A stretch of DNA of 64,000 nucleotides from Candidatus Bathyarchaeota archaeon. Its GTDB lineage: Archaea; Thermoproteota; Bathyarchaeia; Bathyarchaeales; Bathycorpusculaceae. Under the pieces are notes generated by a model. It ran no database searches, was not told the origin of the DNA, and was given only the letters and a program-made list of their open reading frames with translations. Each line of letters opens with the position of its first letter. Position 1 is the first letter of the stretch. The DNA lies in assembly GCA_963827165.1 (NCBI GenBank), contig CAWGZR010000005.1:448001-512000 (forward strand). The letters are read 5' to 3'. Made by a program: the position numbers and the translations under genes. Shown here in pieces: positions 20,979 through 30,890 of the stretch.

Positions 20979-23093
20979 ATGAATCAATACTACCTCAAGG
21001 ATGTGGAGTCATTAACAAATTTCGATCCGAAACAATGCCACCGATGGGCGCATCTCCTGGTTCTAAGGCGGCAAAAGCTTAGCCAAGCATTAAGCGCGTT
21101 TGAGGAGGAAAATTTTGATTTAGCGAAGCGTCTCTCTTCAGAAATTTTCTCTGGCGTAAATGGTAAGCAAGCTGATCCAGGCATGGCCGGATCTTTGCTT
21201 TATCACATGGCAATGGTTACAAAAATGGAGTCGGAGACCCGAGTTTTACTTGAGGAGCTGAAGGCAGATTTACCCCAAATAATCCAAAAGACCGATGCAA
21301 TTTATGGTGACTTTCAAGCTGACGCCAAAGAACTCACCCAAGGAATCACCCCTTTCACCTTAACCGCCCAAGAAATATCGGCAAGTTCACATCTTGAAAG
21401 CTCCGAAAAAATCACTCTTTTCAACAAACTAAACAAACAAAGAAAAACTGTTGAGAACCAAATAGCTAACAAAGATCCTAAAGCTTCTGAAGCGCTAAAA
21501 AAACTGTTCACTGTTTGGGCAGACCAGATTGTGAGAATGAGGCTTATCCAAGAGTACGAGACAATTAAGGGCTTCCTGGTTACAGCTGGTTTGGCAGATA
21601 CTTTTGGCGTCGACGCATTGGAAGATGCTATGCAGCGGGTGCAGGAAAGATTCGGTAAAGAAACCGTTGACATAGCTCTTGACGTGACGCTCAAAGTTGG
21701 CATGAGAAGAGAGAAGCTCCAGTCAATCATGTTAAGCGATCACGTTATCAGCTACTCCATGAGTACCGAAACATTGGATGGGCATATGGAGTTCATGAAT
21801 TGCCCAATATTTGGAAGCCACAAATACGCAGAGGAAAAATATGCTGTGAGCCCTAAGGTGGCGTCACTTTTCTGCCGTCACTTCTGTTTTGCCCATGCCA
21901 AAGAGATGCTGGACACCGTGCTTCCCTTCCCGTTTACCCTTTGGCAGTCCAAACGCTTGGAGACCCATGACAACTGCGAGTATTACCTTAAACTAGCTTA
22001 TTCGCCGCTTGCCGAAAAGGCAGAAAGGTTTGTTCCCCTTGTTATGTCCTGGAACATTACGCGCGAATGCAACATGAAATGTTCTCATTGCTACATCAAC
22101 GCTACTGAGAAAAAACTCGACAATGAACTAAACACGAAAGAAGCAAAAAACCTGATGGATCAAATCTACCAAGTCAGCCGACCCCTACTAATCCTGAGCG
22201 GAGGCGAACCTCTTCTGCGCCCTGACATTTATGAATTGATAAAATACGGAACAAAGATCGGTTTGAAAATGGGTTTGGGAAGCAACGGAAGCCTAATCGA
22301 CGAAGCCGCAGCAAGAAAACTCAAAGATGCAGGGATAGCGACGGTTTCAATCAGTTTAGACTCCAATATTCCGGCTCAGCATGACGCGTTCCGAGGAGTT
22401 TCGGGGGCTTTTGAGAAGGCAGTTGAAGCGTGCAAGGCTTTGAGAAGAAACAATGTGCTTGTCCAAGTAAACACTACTTTGACTCAGCAGAACTATAACC
22501 AAATAGACGACATAATGACTCTTGCAGAAAGCATTGGTGTTGAAAACTTCCACCTGTTCTTTCTTGTACCAACGGGGAGGGGAACCAAACTAGCCGACAT
22601 TTCCCCAGAGCAGTACGAGGAAATGATATCCAAAACCTTCGCAAAAACCGCCAACCACCAACTTAACGTCAGGCCTTCATGCGCACCTCAATTCATGAGA
22701 ATCGCGAAGGGCATGGGATTGGATATGAGGCAGTGGATTCGCGGATGCATTGCGGGAATGTATTACTGCCGAGTTTACCCTAACGGCGACGTGACGCCAT
22801 GCCCCTACTTGCCAATCAAGCTTGGAAATGTGCGGGAAAAGAATTTCAAGGAAATATGGCTTAATTCAGAAGTCTTCAAAGCACTAAGAGATCCAAACAT
22901 GCTGAAGGGCAAATGCGGCATCTGTGAACACCGTTCTTTATGTGGAGGCTGCCGAGCCCGAGCCTATGGCTTATCCAACGATTTCATCGACTACTGCGGA
23001 GATCTTCACGAACCCACAGAAATAAAAAGAGACTATCTTGCTGAAGACCCGTGGTGCGTTTACCAACCAAAAAATAATTCACAAAAACGGTAA
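20979..23093 (+). CDS. Fusion: uncharacterised helical plus Cys-rich N-terminal region joined to an AhbD/NirJ-like radical SAM-SPASM domain
   Basis: CNMKCSHC, LSGGEPL, SPASM GCIAG...TPCPYL...KCGICEHRSLCGGCRARA; about 345 extra N-terminal residues. Confidence 0.85.
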   Translation: MNQYYLKDVESLTNFDPKQCHRWAHLLVLRRQKLSQALSAFEEENFDLAKRLSSEIFSGVNGKQADPGMAGSLLYHMAMVTKMESETRVLLEELKADLPQIIQKTDAIYGDFQADAKELTQGITPFTLTAQEISASSHLESSEKITLFNKLNKQRKTVENQIANKDPKASEALKKLFTVWADQIVRMRLIQEYETIKGFLVTAGLADTFGVDALEDAMQRVQERFGKETVDIALDVTLKVGMRREKLQSIMLSDHVISYSMSTETLDGHMEFMNCPIFGSHKYAEEKYAVSPKVASLFCRHFCFAHAKEMLDTVLPFPFTLWQSKRLETHDNCEYYLKLAYSPLAEKAERFVPLVMSWNITRECNMKCSHCYINATEKKLDNELNTKEAKNLMDQIYQVSRPLLILSGGEPLLRPDIYELIKYGTKIGLKMGLGSNGSLIDEAAARKLKDAGIATVSISLDSNIPAQHDAFRGVSGAFEKAVEACKALRRNNVLVQVNTTLTQQNYNQIDDIMTLAESIGVENFHLFFLVPTGRGTKLADISPEQYEEMISKTFAKTANHQLNVRPSCAPQFMRIAKGMGLDMRQWIRGCIAGMYYCRVYPNGDVTPCPYLPIKLGNVREKNFKEIWLNSEVFKALRDPNMLKGKCGICEHRSLCGGCRARAYGLSNDFIDYCGDLHEPTEIKRDYLAEDPWCVYQPKNNSQKR

Positions 23094-23457
23094 CAGCCAG
23101 CCCACCAAGAAAAAGCCAAAACAAACCGCCTCGGTCGGAAACTATTTAAGACATCAATGTCTTTCAAAAACTTTAACTGGCAGTTAAATCGGCTTTGGCA
23201 GCCCGCACGCTACACTGTGACTGTGGACAGCCAAAATTTAAGGGATGGCGGAAAAATGCGAGGAGTCCACAAATCAAGAAATTCAAGAATTGCCCATAAA
23301 GCAGTCAATTCATCGAGTATGGCAATTAAACATGGAAGTTGCTACCAAGGCTTAACAAGCAAGCGTCTATTTTTGGGATCAAAAAAGCTTTCTTCTAGCC
23401 AACGTTAAGGGGGCAATCAGGATCTCAAATGGCAGCCTTTCAAGTTCTTTCTTTGGG

Positions 23458-24636
23458 ATGTTTAAGCAAACTACTCTCGCGTACCTATTCGACATAGCAG
23501 GGTTAATCGCAGGTTTTCTGATTGCTTATCAACTTAATGTTTTCGAGCACTATAGCTGGGCTTTGGCCCTTTATCCGGCTCTGATAAGTACAAGAATAAT
23601 CAACGGGTTGCTTAGCGGTCGCCTAAGCACAGGCCTGCATCTTGGAACAATAAACCCCCAATTCTCTAGAAATACCCGATCATTCTATAAACTTCTGCAT
23701 GGCATCATCGTCTTAACTTTGGTAACGAGCTTGACGGTCAGCGTAATATCGCTGTTTTTCGGCTACTTATTCTTAGGTATCAGACTAATTGATTTTCCGA
23801 CACTTCTATCTGTGACGGTGTGCACTTTGGCGATAGGTTTGCTTTTTTCCTTTGTGACAATAAAAGTCGCCTTTGTCTCTTTCAAAAAAGGATTAGACCC
23901 CGACATCATCGTTTACCCCGTTATCGCAACTTCAGCCAGCATCTTCATCACAATATGCTATGTTGGAGTGCTAAGGTTATCGACTTCCACGCCTGGCGCA
24001 TTATTAATCACAGCCATCGGTTTAGTCCATGTCTTCCTCGTTTTGTATCTATTCTCACGAGATAGGAAAGACTTTGAATTTAATAGAACCATACACGAAT
24101 CTTTCCTAATGCTGATTCTCGTATCATTAATTATAACTTTGACCGGAACAATTTTTGGAGGTCTTACAAGGTTCACGCAGATGGAAATCGTGATGGTCTA
24201 CCCCGCTTTACTTACTGCATACCCAGCTTTAATCAATAACATAAGCAACGTTGGCTCCGTTGTAGGCTCAACAGCCAATACTAAACTTGCTTTGGGCTTG
24301 CTTAAACCAAGCTTCAGCTCGATCCACAACCACGCCAAAAACATAACCAGCGCTTGGCTGGCGTCTTTTTCGATTTTCATCATATTAGCCTTAGGCTCTT
24401 TGGCGATAAACCGAGTCTCCTCGGTAGCTACTTTCGTTGATGTTATAGCGATAATCGTGGTATCCAACGTAATTGCAGTCGTCGGAATAGTTCTTGTATC
24501 CTTCGGAATAGCAATTCTTACTTTCCGAAGAGGATTAAACCCCGAGAATTTTGTTATCCCGCTTGAAACATCTTTTGCAACAGTTATTATGTCAGCATCT
24601 TTGCTACTGACCTTGTTCTTGCTCACGTTGCATTGA
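23458..24636 (+). CDS. Archaeal MgtE/SLC41-type divalent cation transporter (duplicated MgtE membrane domain)
   Basis: RLSTGLHLG, GLDPDIIVYP and GLNPENFVIP repeats. Confidence 0.85.
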   Translation: MFKQTTLAYLFDIAGLIAGFLIAYQLNVFEHYSWALALYPALISTRIINGLLSGRLSTGLHLGTINPQFSRNTRSFYKLLHGIIVLTLVTSLTVSVISLFFGYLFLGIRLIDFPTLLSVTVCTLAIGLLFSFVTIKVAFVSFKKGLDPDIIVYPVIATSASIFITICYVGVLRLSTSTPGALLITAIGLVHVFLVLYLFSRDRKDFEFNRTIHESFLMLILVSLIITLTGTIFGGLTRFTQMEIVMVYPALLTAYPALINNISNVGSVVGSTANTKLALGLLKPSFSSIHNHAKNITSAWLASFSIFIILALGSLAINRVSSVATFVDVIAIIVVSNVIAVVGIVLVSFGIAILTFRRGLNPENFVIPLETSFATVIMSASLLLTLFLLTLH

Positions 24637-24689
24637 GGGGATAATTAAAATAATTCAAAATGGTATCTTGTCTTAGAGGCACCTCTTGC

Positions 24690-25889
24690 ATGCCCAAATT
24701 CGAAAGAATAGAATACAAACCCATCCCAGTCAGAGAGCTCTTACTAGAAATGAAAAACCTATCTGAACTAATGATAGACTTAGCATACTCATCCGCTCTT
24801 TACAACGATAAAGACCTCGCCGAAGACGTTTTGGCGCTTGAAAGTCGAGTAGACACGTTAGCGTACCTTCTCGATATGGAAATAATGGTCGCTTCAAGAA
24901 ACCCGAAGGAAGCAGAGGCAATGGTGGGGATTTCCAGGGTAGCTTCCGCTACAGACAAGATTTCGGATGCTGCCGCAGACATCGCGGCAATCGTAACCCG
25001 AAACATCGGAGTTCATCCCGTTGTGGGGGAATTTTTTGAGAAAGTGGAAGAGCACCTGATGAAAGTAACAGTGAAACCTAATTCAACGATAGTTAAGAAA
25101 ACTATTGATGAGCTTGAGTTAGCCCCAACTATGGGTATTGACATAATTGCGATCCGCCGCAACAAAGATTGGATTCTTGATCCAAAAGGACAGGAAAGGA
25201 TCTTTCAAGGCGACGTTCTAATTACACGTGGAGCCCCAACGGGAATTGAAGCTTTCAAAGATTTAGCAGAAGGCGAATTTGCTAAACTTAACGTTGAAGA
25301 ACGGGCGAAATTCGAGGAAATCGGCTTAAGATTCGTTGAGCTCAAAGATACCTCGGAGCTAATGCTGGATTTAGCCTATTCCGCGGTTATGTTGAACAGT
25401 AAAGAGTTAGCTGAAGAAGTAGAACGTCTCGAAGAGCAAGTAGATCTACTTCACACTGAATTTGAATTGCTTGCCCTAAAAAGCGACTTCAAAAAAGAGG
25501 AAGCCTCAGGTTTCCTTGGGTTAATCAGGCTAGGCGTGGCAACAGAAAAAATCGCTGATGCAGCCGCTGACATAGCGGGGGTCGTTCTTCGAGGTATTGA
25601 ACCACATCCGATTTTGAAATTGACTATCAGTGAGGCAGAGGAAACTGTGGCTCAGGCATGCGTTTCTGCAGATTCCCCGCTTGTGAATAAGACCCTGAAA
25701 GAAGCGCGAGTGCATGAAGGGACAGGAATGTGGGTTTTGGTTATCAAAAGAAGCGGAAAATGTCTGCGGCCCCGCGCTGATTCAAGAATCGAAGTTGGCG
25801 ACGTCTTAGTTGCTTCAGGATACGCCGAGGGCGCTGACGACTTAAAGAAGCTTGCTTCCCCAACGCAAACATGCAGTATAGATACTTAA
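24690..25889 (+). CDS. PhoU plus TrkA-C (RCK_C) tandem-repeat regulator, usual partner of archaeal MgtE-like transporters
   Basis: Two copies of EMKxxSELMxDLAYS...KIxDAAADIA, each followed by an RCK_C domain. Confidence 0.85.
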   Translation: MPKFERIEYKPIPVRELLLEMKNLSELMIDLAYSSALYNDKDLAEDVLALESRVDTLAYLLDMEIMVASRNPKEAEAMVGISRVASATDKISDAAADIAAIVTRNIGVHPVVGEFFEKVEEHLMKVTVKPNSTIVKKTIDELELAPTMGIDIIAIRRNKDWILDPKGQERIFQGDVLITRGAPTGIEAFKDLAEGEFAKLNVEERAKFEEIGLRFVELKDTSELMLDLAYSAVMLNSKELAEEVERLEEQVDLLHTEFELLALKSDFKKEEASGFLGLIRLGVATEKIADAAADIAGVVLRGIEPHPILKLTISEAEETVAQACVSADSPLVNKTLKEARVHEGTGMWVLVIKRSGKCLRPRADSRIEVGDVLVASGYAEGADDLKKLASPTQTCSIDT

Positions 25890-25984
25890 CGTCTGTATTT
25901 TGGATTCATCAATACTATAAAGCAGCAAACACAATCTCTAAACAACACCAGCCTATCGTTCACTGAAAAGAAGAAGGAAAAGAA

Positions 25985-26311
25985 ATGTTCACCTGCCCGA
26001 ATCCTTCATGCGGAAGAGATTTTCCCATGCCACTTAAAACCCTGAATTTGCGGGATTCGGCGGAACCCTACCAAGCTTGCCCTTTCTGCTTAACAAAAAT
26101 ACCGGAGCCACCGACTGAGAGCACCAAACCAGAAACACACGATGAAAATCGGTCTTCTAAAGAAAAGAAAGACAAAAATAAGCAAAAACCCCAATCATGC
26201 CCGTTTCATATGGGTTATTTGAGTGAAAGAAAAGAAAAACAGCAAATTCCAGAGGACTGCATTATTTGTCATGCCCTTCTCGATTGCATGTTACAAAAAA
26301 TGAGATCTTAG
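25985..26311 (+). CDS. Small zinc-finger protein
   Basis: CPNPSC, CPFC, CPFH, CIIC...C motifs. Confidence 0.7.
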   Translation: MFTCPNPSCGRDFPMPLKTLNLRDSAEPYQACPFCLTKIPEPPTESTKPETHDENRSSKEKKDKNKQKPQSCPFHMGYLSERKEKQQIPEDCIICHALLDCMLQKMRS

Positions 26312-26389
26312 CATCCCAATGAGCACAAAATAGGATATAAGTCAAGAAACCAAAAAAACAAAGAATTGTTTTTAAAAAAGAGTTAATTT

Positions 26390-26722
26390 TTATTTCTTTT
26401 TCTTAGCCGATTCGGTGGCAGGCGCTTCCATTGAAGATGTTTCTTCTGCTTTAGGCTCTTCTTTCTTCTCTTCAATCTCGGTCGTTATTTCTTCGATTGG
26501 TTTTGGAGGCGGTGTTGTTGCCATTGTCCAGCCTATCCATGCACCGATGGCGAGAATTGCTATGAATGCGATGGAAACGAGAACCAATACTGCATCTAGC
26601 CGAGCGGCGGTTGTGTTCAAGCCAAACAGACCTGGATCAGCCACTAAAATTATGTAACCTACAGCGACTATAACGCAGACTGCGAGTATTGCCCCACCTA
26701 TTCCTTGATCTTTGCTAACCAT
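26390..26722 (-). CDS. Conserved archaeal two-TM membrane protein with acidic tail
   Basis: WIGWTMATTPPPKPIEEI motif; GGTGA SD. Confidence 0.75.
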   Translation of the reverse strand: MVSKDQGIGGAILAVCVIVAVGYIILVADPGLFGLNTTAARLDAVLVLVSIAFIAILAIGAWIGWTMATTPPPKPIEEITTEIEEKKEEPKAEETSSMEAPATESAKKKK

Positions 26723-26801
26723 TTAAGTCACCACTTTATAGCCAAGTATATTCTCAAACAATTTAAAGTTTGTCATGCTTTTGAGAGAGCTCTTGCTTGG
26801 G

Positions 26802-28058
26802 CTAGGTTGTTCCCATTTCCCAAGTTGACAGGTACTTTTTCTGCTCATCAGTCAGCTCATCGATTGCAACATTCATTGATTTCAGCTTTAAGTCAGCAAC
26901 GTTCTCATCGATTTCTTTTGGAACCGTGTAGACTTTCGGCTTCAAATCCGCTGCCTTAGCGATGTATTCAGAGCATAAAGCTTGATTAGCAAAGGACATA
27001 TCCATGACTTCAGAGGGGTGTCCTTCCGCCGCTGCCAAGTTCACGAGCCTACCCTCCGCTAGAAGGTAAAGTTTTCGTCCGTCTTTTAGTATGTACTCTT
27101 CGAGGTTTGGCCGCATTGTTCTTTTTGTTGTTGAGAGCGATTCTAAGTCTTTGATGTTGACTTCAACGTTGAAGTGACCACTGTTAGCCATTATGGCGCC
27201 ATCCTTCATTTTCTGCATATGTTCTTTTCGTATGACGCTGATGTCGCCTGTTGCCGTTATGAATATGTCACCGACAGCTGCTGCTTCAGCCATTGGCATA
27301 ACGCGTAAACCGTTCATGACTGCTTCCAAGGCACGAGTTGGTTGCACTTCAGTCACTATAACGTTGGCGCCTAACCCTTGAGCACGCATAGCTATGCCTC
27401 TTGAGCACCATCCGTATCCACAGACAACAAAAGTCTTTCCAGCAATCAAAATGTTGGTGGCGCGCAGTATGCCGTCCATGCTACTTTGCCCAGTTCCGTA
27501 GCGGTTATCAAAAAGATATTTTGTGTAGGCATCATTGACAGCGACGATCGGATATTTGAGGCTGCCATCTTTTTCCATCGCTCTTAGACGGATTACACCA
27601 GTCGTGGTTTCTTCTGTACCGCCTTTTACGGTTTTCAACTGGGCTTGGCGCTTGCTGTGTAGGGTGCCCACCAAGTCTGCACCGTCATCAAGAGTAATGG
27701 AGGGTTTGAAATCCAACGCGTAATCTATGCACTTGTAATATTCCTCGGTGTTTTGTCCTCTCCAAGCAAAAACGTTAACGCCACTCTCCGCCAAAGCGGC
27801 AGCAACATCATCCTGAGTTGAAAGAGGATTAGAGCCACATAACGCAACTTTGGCGCCGCCGACGGTTAATGCCTTAACCAAAACGGCTGTTTCTTTCGTC
27901 ACGTGAAGGCAAGCGCCCAACGTCAAGCCTTTGAAAGGTTTTTCTTTTTCTAACCTGTTTCTTATGAGTTTAAGCACCGGCATGTGACTTGTGGCCCATT
28001 CAATCTGTAAATGACCTTGAGGGGCCAAACTTTTGTCTTTAACTAGGAATTCTTCCAC
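26802..28058 (-). CDS. ahcY: Adenosylhomocysteinase
   Basis: [48 protein letters not shown]. Confidence 0.96.
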   Translation of the reverse strand: MEEFLVKDKSLAPQGHLQIEWATSHMPVLKLIRNRLEKEKPFKGLTLGACLHVTKETAVLVKALTVGGAKVALCGSNPLSTQDDVAAALAESGVNVFAWRGQNTEEYYKCIDYALDFKPSITLDDGADLVGTLHSKRQAQLKTVKGGTEETTTGVIRLRAMEKDGSLKYPIVAVNDAYTKYLFDNRYGTGQSSMDGILRATNILIAGKTFVVCGYGWCSRGIAMRAQGLGANVIVTEVQPTRALEAVMNGLRVMPMAEAAAVGDIFITATGDISVIRKEHMQKMKDGAIMANSGHFNVEVNIKDLESLSTTKRTMRPNLEEYILKDGRKLYLLAEGRLVNLAAAEGHPSEVMDMSFANQALCSEYIAKAADLKPKVYTVPKEIDENVADLKLKSMNVAIDELTDEQKKYLSTWEMGTT

Positions 28059-28184
28059 GAGTATGCCTTCTTTTCAGAAACAAGATAAACTTCAACCTAT
28101 TTAGATTTTCTTCAAACTACAGGAGCCAAAGCTGGAAAAAGCTTTAATTGCAACATACTTCAGAGCTAGCAGTAAGAAGGTTAA

Positions 28185-28793
28185 ATGATGAAAGAGCCTT
28201 TCTCCAAATTCATCCAAACAAATTTAGGTCCAAAGACTCTACTGATTACCACAGGGTTACCTGGAACTTGGAAAACTGAAACCTCCGAGGAAACCTCGAA
28301 AATCAAAGGCTACCCAATTCTTCGAAGCGACATAATACGTTTGGAGGTTCTCAAGAATGAGGATGTTTTCGATGCAAAGGTTGCGGGAAACATGAACAAA
28401 CGACTGTCTGTTTACGATGAAGTCTTTCGAAGAGCAGACGACCTAGCGCAGAAAGGAACTCTGGGAATCATTTTAGATGCAACGTTTGTTACCCAAGAGC
28501 TGAGGCGTCGAGCAGCTGAAATCGCGGCGAAACATGGAATGACGTTGGTCATTTTGCAAACAAGTTGCTCAGAAGAGGTCTCAGTAGCCAGAATTCAGCG
28601 GCGTACAAAAGAAAACTATGAATCAAACGCCCTAACGGTTGACGCGTATCTTGCTAATAAGAAAAAGTTTGAGCCCGTAGATATCGGCGACCTAAAAACA
28701 AAATATCCAAAACTCAACATACTCCATTTGACTGTTGACACATGCCACGACAACTCTAAAGACTGGTATGTTATTGGATTAGAAAGAGCCTAA
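28185..28793 (+). CDS. AAA_33 family P-loop kinase
   Basis: GLPGTWKT variant Walker A, LRSDIIR, ILDATF. Confidence 0.8.
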   Translation: MMKEPFSKFIQTNLGPKTLLITTGLPGTWKTETSEETSKIKGYPILRSDIIRLEVLKNEDVFDAKVAGNMNKRLSVYDEVFRRADDLAQKGTLGIILDATFVTQELRRRAAEIAAKHGMTLVILQTSCSEEVSVARIQRRTKENYESNALTVDAYLANKKKFEPVDIGDLKTKYPKLNILHLTVDTCHDNSKDWYVIGLERA

Positions 28794-28809
28794 GGGAACC
28801 AGTTAAAAA

Positions 28810-29676
28810 ATGATAATTGATTTGCACATCCACTCCAGCGCCTCAGACGGAAAATTTACTGTTCAAGAAATTTTCGAGGAAGCAAAGAAACGAAACATTA
28901 GTTTCATGGCAATAACCGACCACGACTCAATCGGCTGCCAAACACAAGCCATCGCGGCCGCCAAGGAACAATCCATCAGTTACGTCAATGGGGTCGAGTT
29001 AAACGTAACCTTCGCACACCCTGAATACCACGAAGGCAAACCTGTTTCACTCGATTTTCTCGGGTACCAATACGACGCCTCGAATAAAGCGTTAGGAAAC
29101 AAGCTCGAAACAATGGCAAAATATAGGGAAGAAAGGGCAGGAAAAATCCTCGACAAACTAAATACTGAATTCAAGAAAGAAAGCATTCAAGCGTTAACAA
29201 AAGACGACCTTGGGAGAATTGAAGAGTCGGTTGATGGCGTACTCGGCAGACCCCATATCGCAGATTACTTGGTCAAGAAAAACATTGTAAAGACGCGTCA
29301 GGAAGCATTCGACAAGTACCTTGTTAAATGCGATGTGCCCAAATCCCCGCTTTATTTGGAAGAAGCATCAAAACTTGTTAGGGGCGCAGGCGGAAAACTG
29401 GTTTTAGCCCACCCTAATGACCCTCACGGAACTTCATTGGTTGCCTTAACTAAGTCTTTGGTTGAGCAAACGGAGATTATTGAGGAAAAAATGCTGCCGC
29501 ACCTGGACGGAGTGGAATGCTGGCATTCAAGAAACACAGAAGAAACAACAAGCCACTATGTTGCGTTCGCAAGTCAACAGGGGTTGATTATGACCGGCGG
29601 AAGCGACTGCCACCAAAAACCAGTTTTGATGGGCACAGTTAAAATTCCCGATTGGGTAGCTTACCAATTCTCTTAG
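28810..29676 (+). CDS. PHP-domain phosphoesterase (TrpH/YciV-like)
   Basis: DLHIHSSASDG, ITDHD, GRPHIA, LAHP, GGSDCH. Confidence 0.9.
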   Translation: MIIDLHIHSSASDGKFTVQEIFEEAKKRNISFMAITDHDSIGCQTQAIAAAKEQSISYVNGVELNVTFAHPEYHEGKPVSLDFLGYQYDASNKALGNKLETMAKYREERAGKILDKLNTEFKKESIQALTKDDLGRIEESVDGVLGRPHIADYLVKKNIVKTRQEAFDKYLVKCDVPKSPLYLEEASKLVRGAGGKLVLAHPNDPHGTSLVALTKSLVEQTEIIEEKMLPHLDGVECWHSRNTEETTSHYVAFASQQGLIMTGGSDCHQKPVLMGTVKIPDWVAYQFS

Positions 29677-29679
29677 GAG

Positions 29680-30687
29680 CTACATTTTTCTGGCGTACTC
29701 CGCTGACAGTTTGAAGTATGCTTGTGCATCTTTGACTGCTTCAGCTCTTTCTTTATCTTTGATGCTTGGGTCGTCAAGTTTGAACGAAATCACTTTTCCG
29801 CGGATATACGCGCGGTAGCATTTGTAGAAAGCAAGCAACTTTGTAAGGCCACGGTCTTTTGAATACTCTGTGTATTTTTCTATGAGGTAATCGGATAAGT
29901 CGGCTCTTTTTTGATAGTCAAGATCCATGGCTAAAAAGGCGATGTCTGAAGCCACGTCCGAGTATCTGAAGCGATCGTTGAATTCTATCGCGTCAAAGAT
30001 GCAGATTTTGTCAGTTATGAAGATATTTCCAGAATGTAAATCGCCGTGGCAATCCTTAATGTTTCCGTTTTTAATTCTTTCTTCGAAAAGCGCGTTATTG
30101 GTTTCCATAAAACTGCCGACCGTTTTCTGTATAAAATGGTATTCCGTCTGCGTGATTGCTTGGTCAATGTATTTTTTGGTTTGAGCGAAGTTTTCGTTCC
30201 AGTTGACCTTGATAATTTTAGAGGATCCGAACTCGGCTATTTCATTGCTGGTTTGGGCGTTTGAATGAAAATCCGCGATTATTTTTGCCAACGAGTCAAT
30301 CGTTTTTTTGTTCACTTTGTTTTCGCCTATGAGTTTCGTCATTATTGCTTCTTGGGGAAGACGTTTCATCTTTAATGCATATTCAACTGTTTCGCCATCG
30401 CCCTCTATCTTGATATTTGTTGACTTGTTAATTGTCACAACTTTAAGATAGATTTCGGGGCAAAGACGTCGATTTAGCTCCAACTCTTTTTCACAGAAGA
30501 AGCCACGTTTTTGCAATGTTGAGAAATCCAGAAACCCAAAGTTCACCGCTTTCTTGACCTTGTAAACATATTTTTCGGTTAGAAAGACAAAGGAGATATG
30601 GGTTTGGATCAGCTCGATTTTGCCTGGCCCTTCAGAGTAAGCGCCAGGTTTGAGGAGGGCGTCGACCACTTGCTTTTGGGTTTGCAT
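29680..30687 (-). CDS. Aminoglycoside-phosphotransferase-fold kinase (Rv2004c N-terminal-like)
   Basis: IQTHISFVFL, YKVKKAVNFGFLDFST, CHGDLHSGNI, FDAIEFN, YRAYIRGKV. Confidence 0.85.
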   Translation of the reverse strand: MQTQKQVVDALLKPGAYSEGPGKIELIQTHISFVFLTEKYVYKVKKAVNFGFLDFSTLQKRGFFCEKELELNRRLCPEIYLKVVTINKSTNIKIEGDGETVEYALKMKRLPQEAIMTKLIGENKVNKKTIDSLAKIIADFHSNAQTSNEIAEFGSSKIIKVNWNENFAQTKKYIDQAITQTEYHFIQKTVGSFMETNNALFEERIKNGNIKDCHGDLHSGNIFITDKICIFDAIEFNDRFRYSDVASDIAFLAMDLDYQKRADLSDYLIEKYTEYSKDRGLTKLLAFYKCYRAYIRGKVISFKLDDPSIKDKERAEAVKDAQAYFKLSAEYARKM

Positions 30688-30791
30688 TATTGTGCTCTTC
30701 CTTTGAATTGTACAATTCAAGCAGCTTTCCAATAAAGGTAGAGTAGCTTTTTAAGAGGTTGCCTGATTACCGTATATTCTGGGGATGCAAA

Positions 30792-30890
30792 GTGGAGAAG
30801 GATAGGTTAGTTAAGGACCTAAAAAAAGCACTTTTGATGTATGGTTATTCAGCCAAAGTTTCAGAGCAAATTCTCAAGTGGTATTCTTAG
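30792..30890 (+). CDS. Putative 32-aa microprotein MEKDRLVKDLKKALLMYGYSAKVSEQILKWYS
   Basis: GTG start after GGGGAT SD-like run, TTTTTAAG TATA at about 30748, amphipathic helix-turn-helix pattern. Confidence 0.5.
   Translation: MEKDRLVKDLKKALLMYGYSAKVSEQILKWYS

Noticed and set aside
23157-23408. 83-aa ORF as a precursor peptide for the SPASM enzyme
   Set aside because: Starts only a few nt after the TATA box (upstream of the expected transcription start) and has no RiPP-like motif
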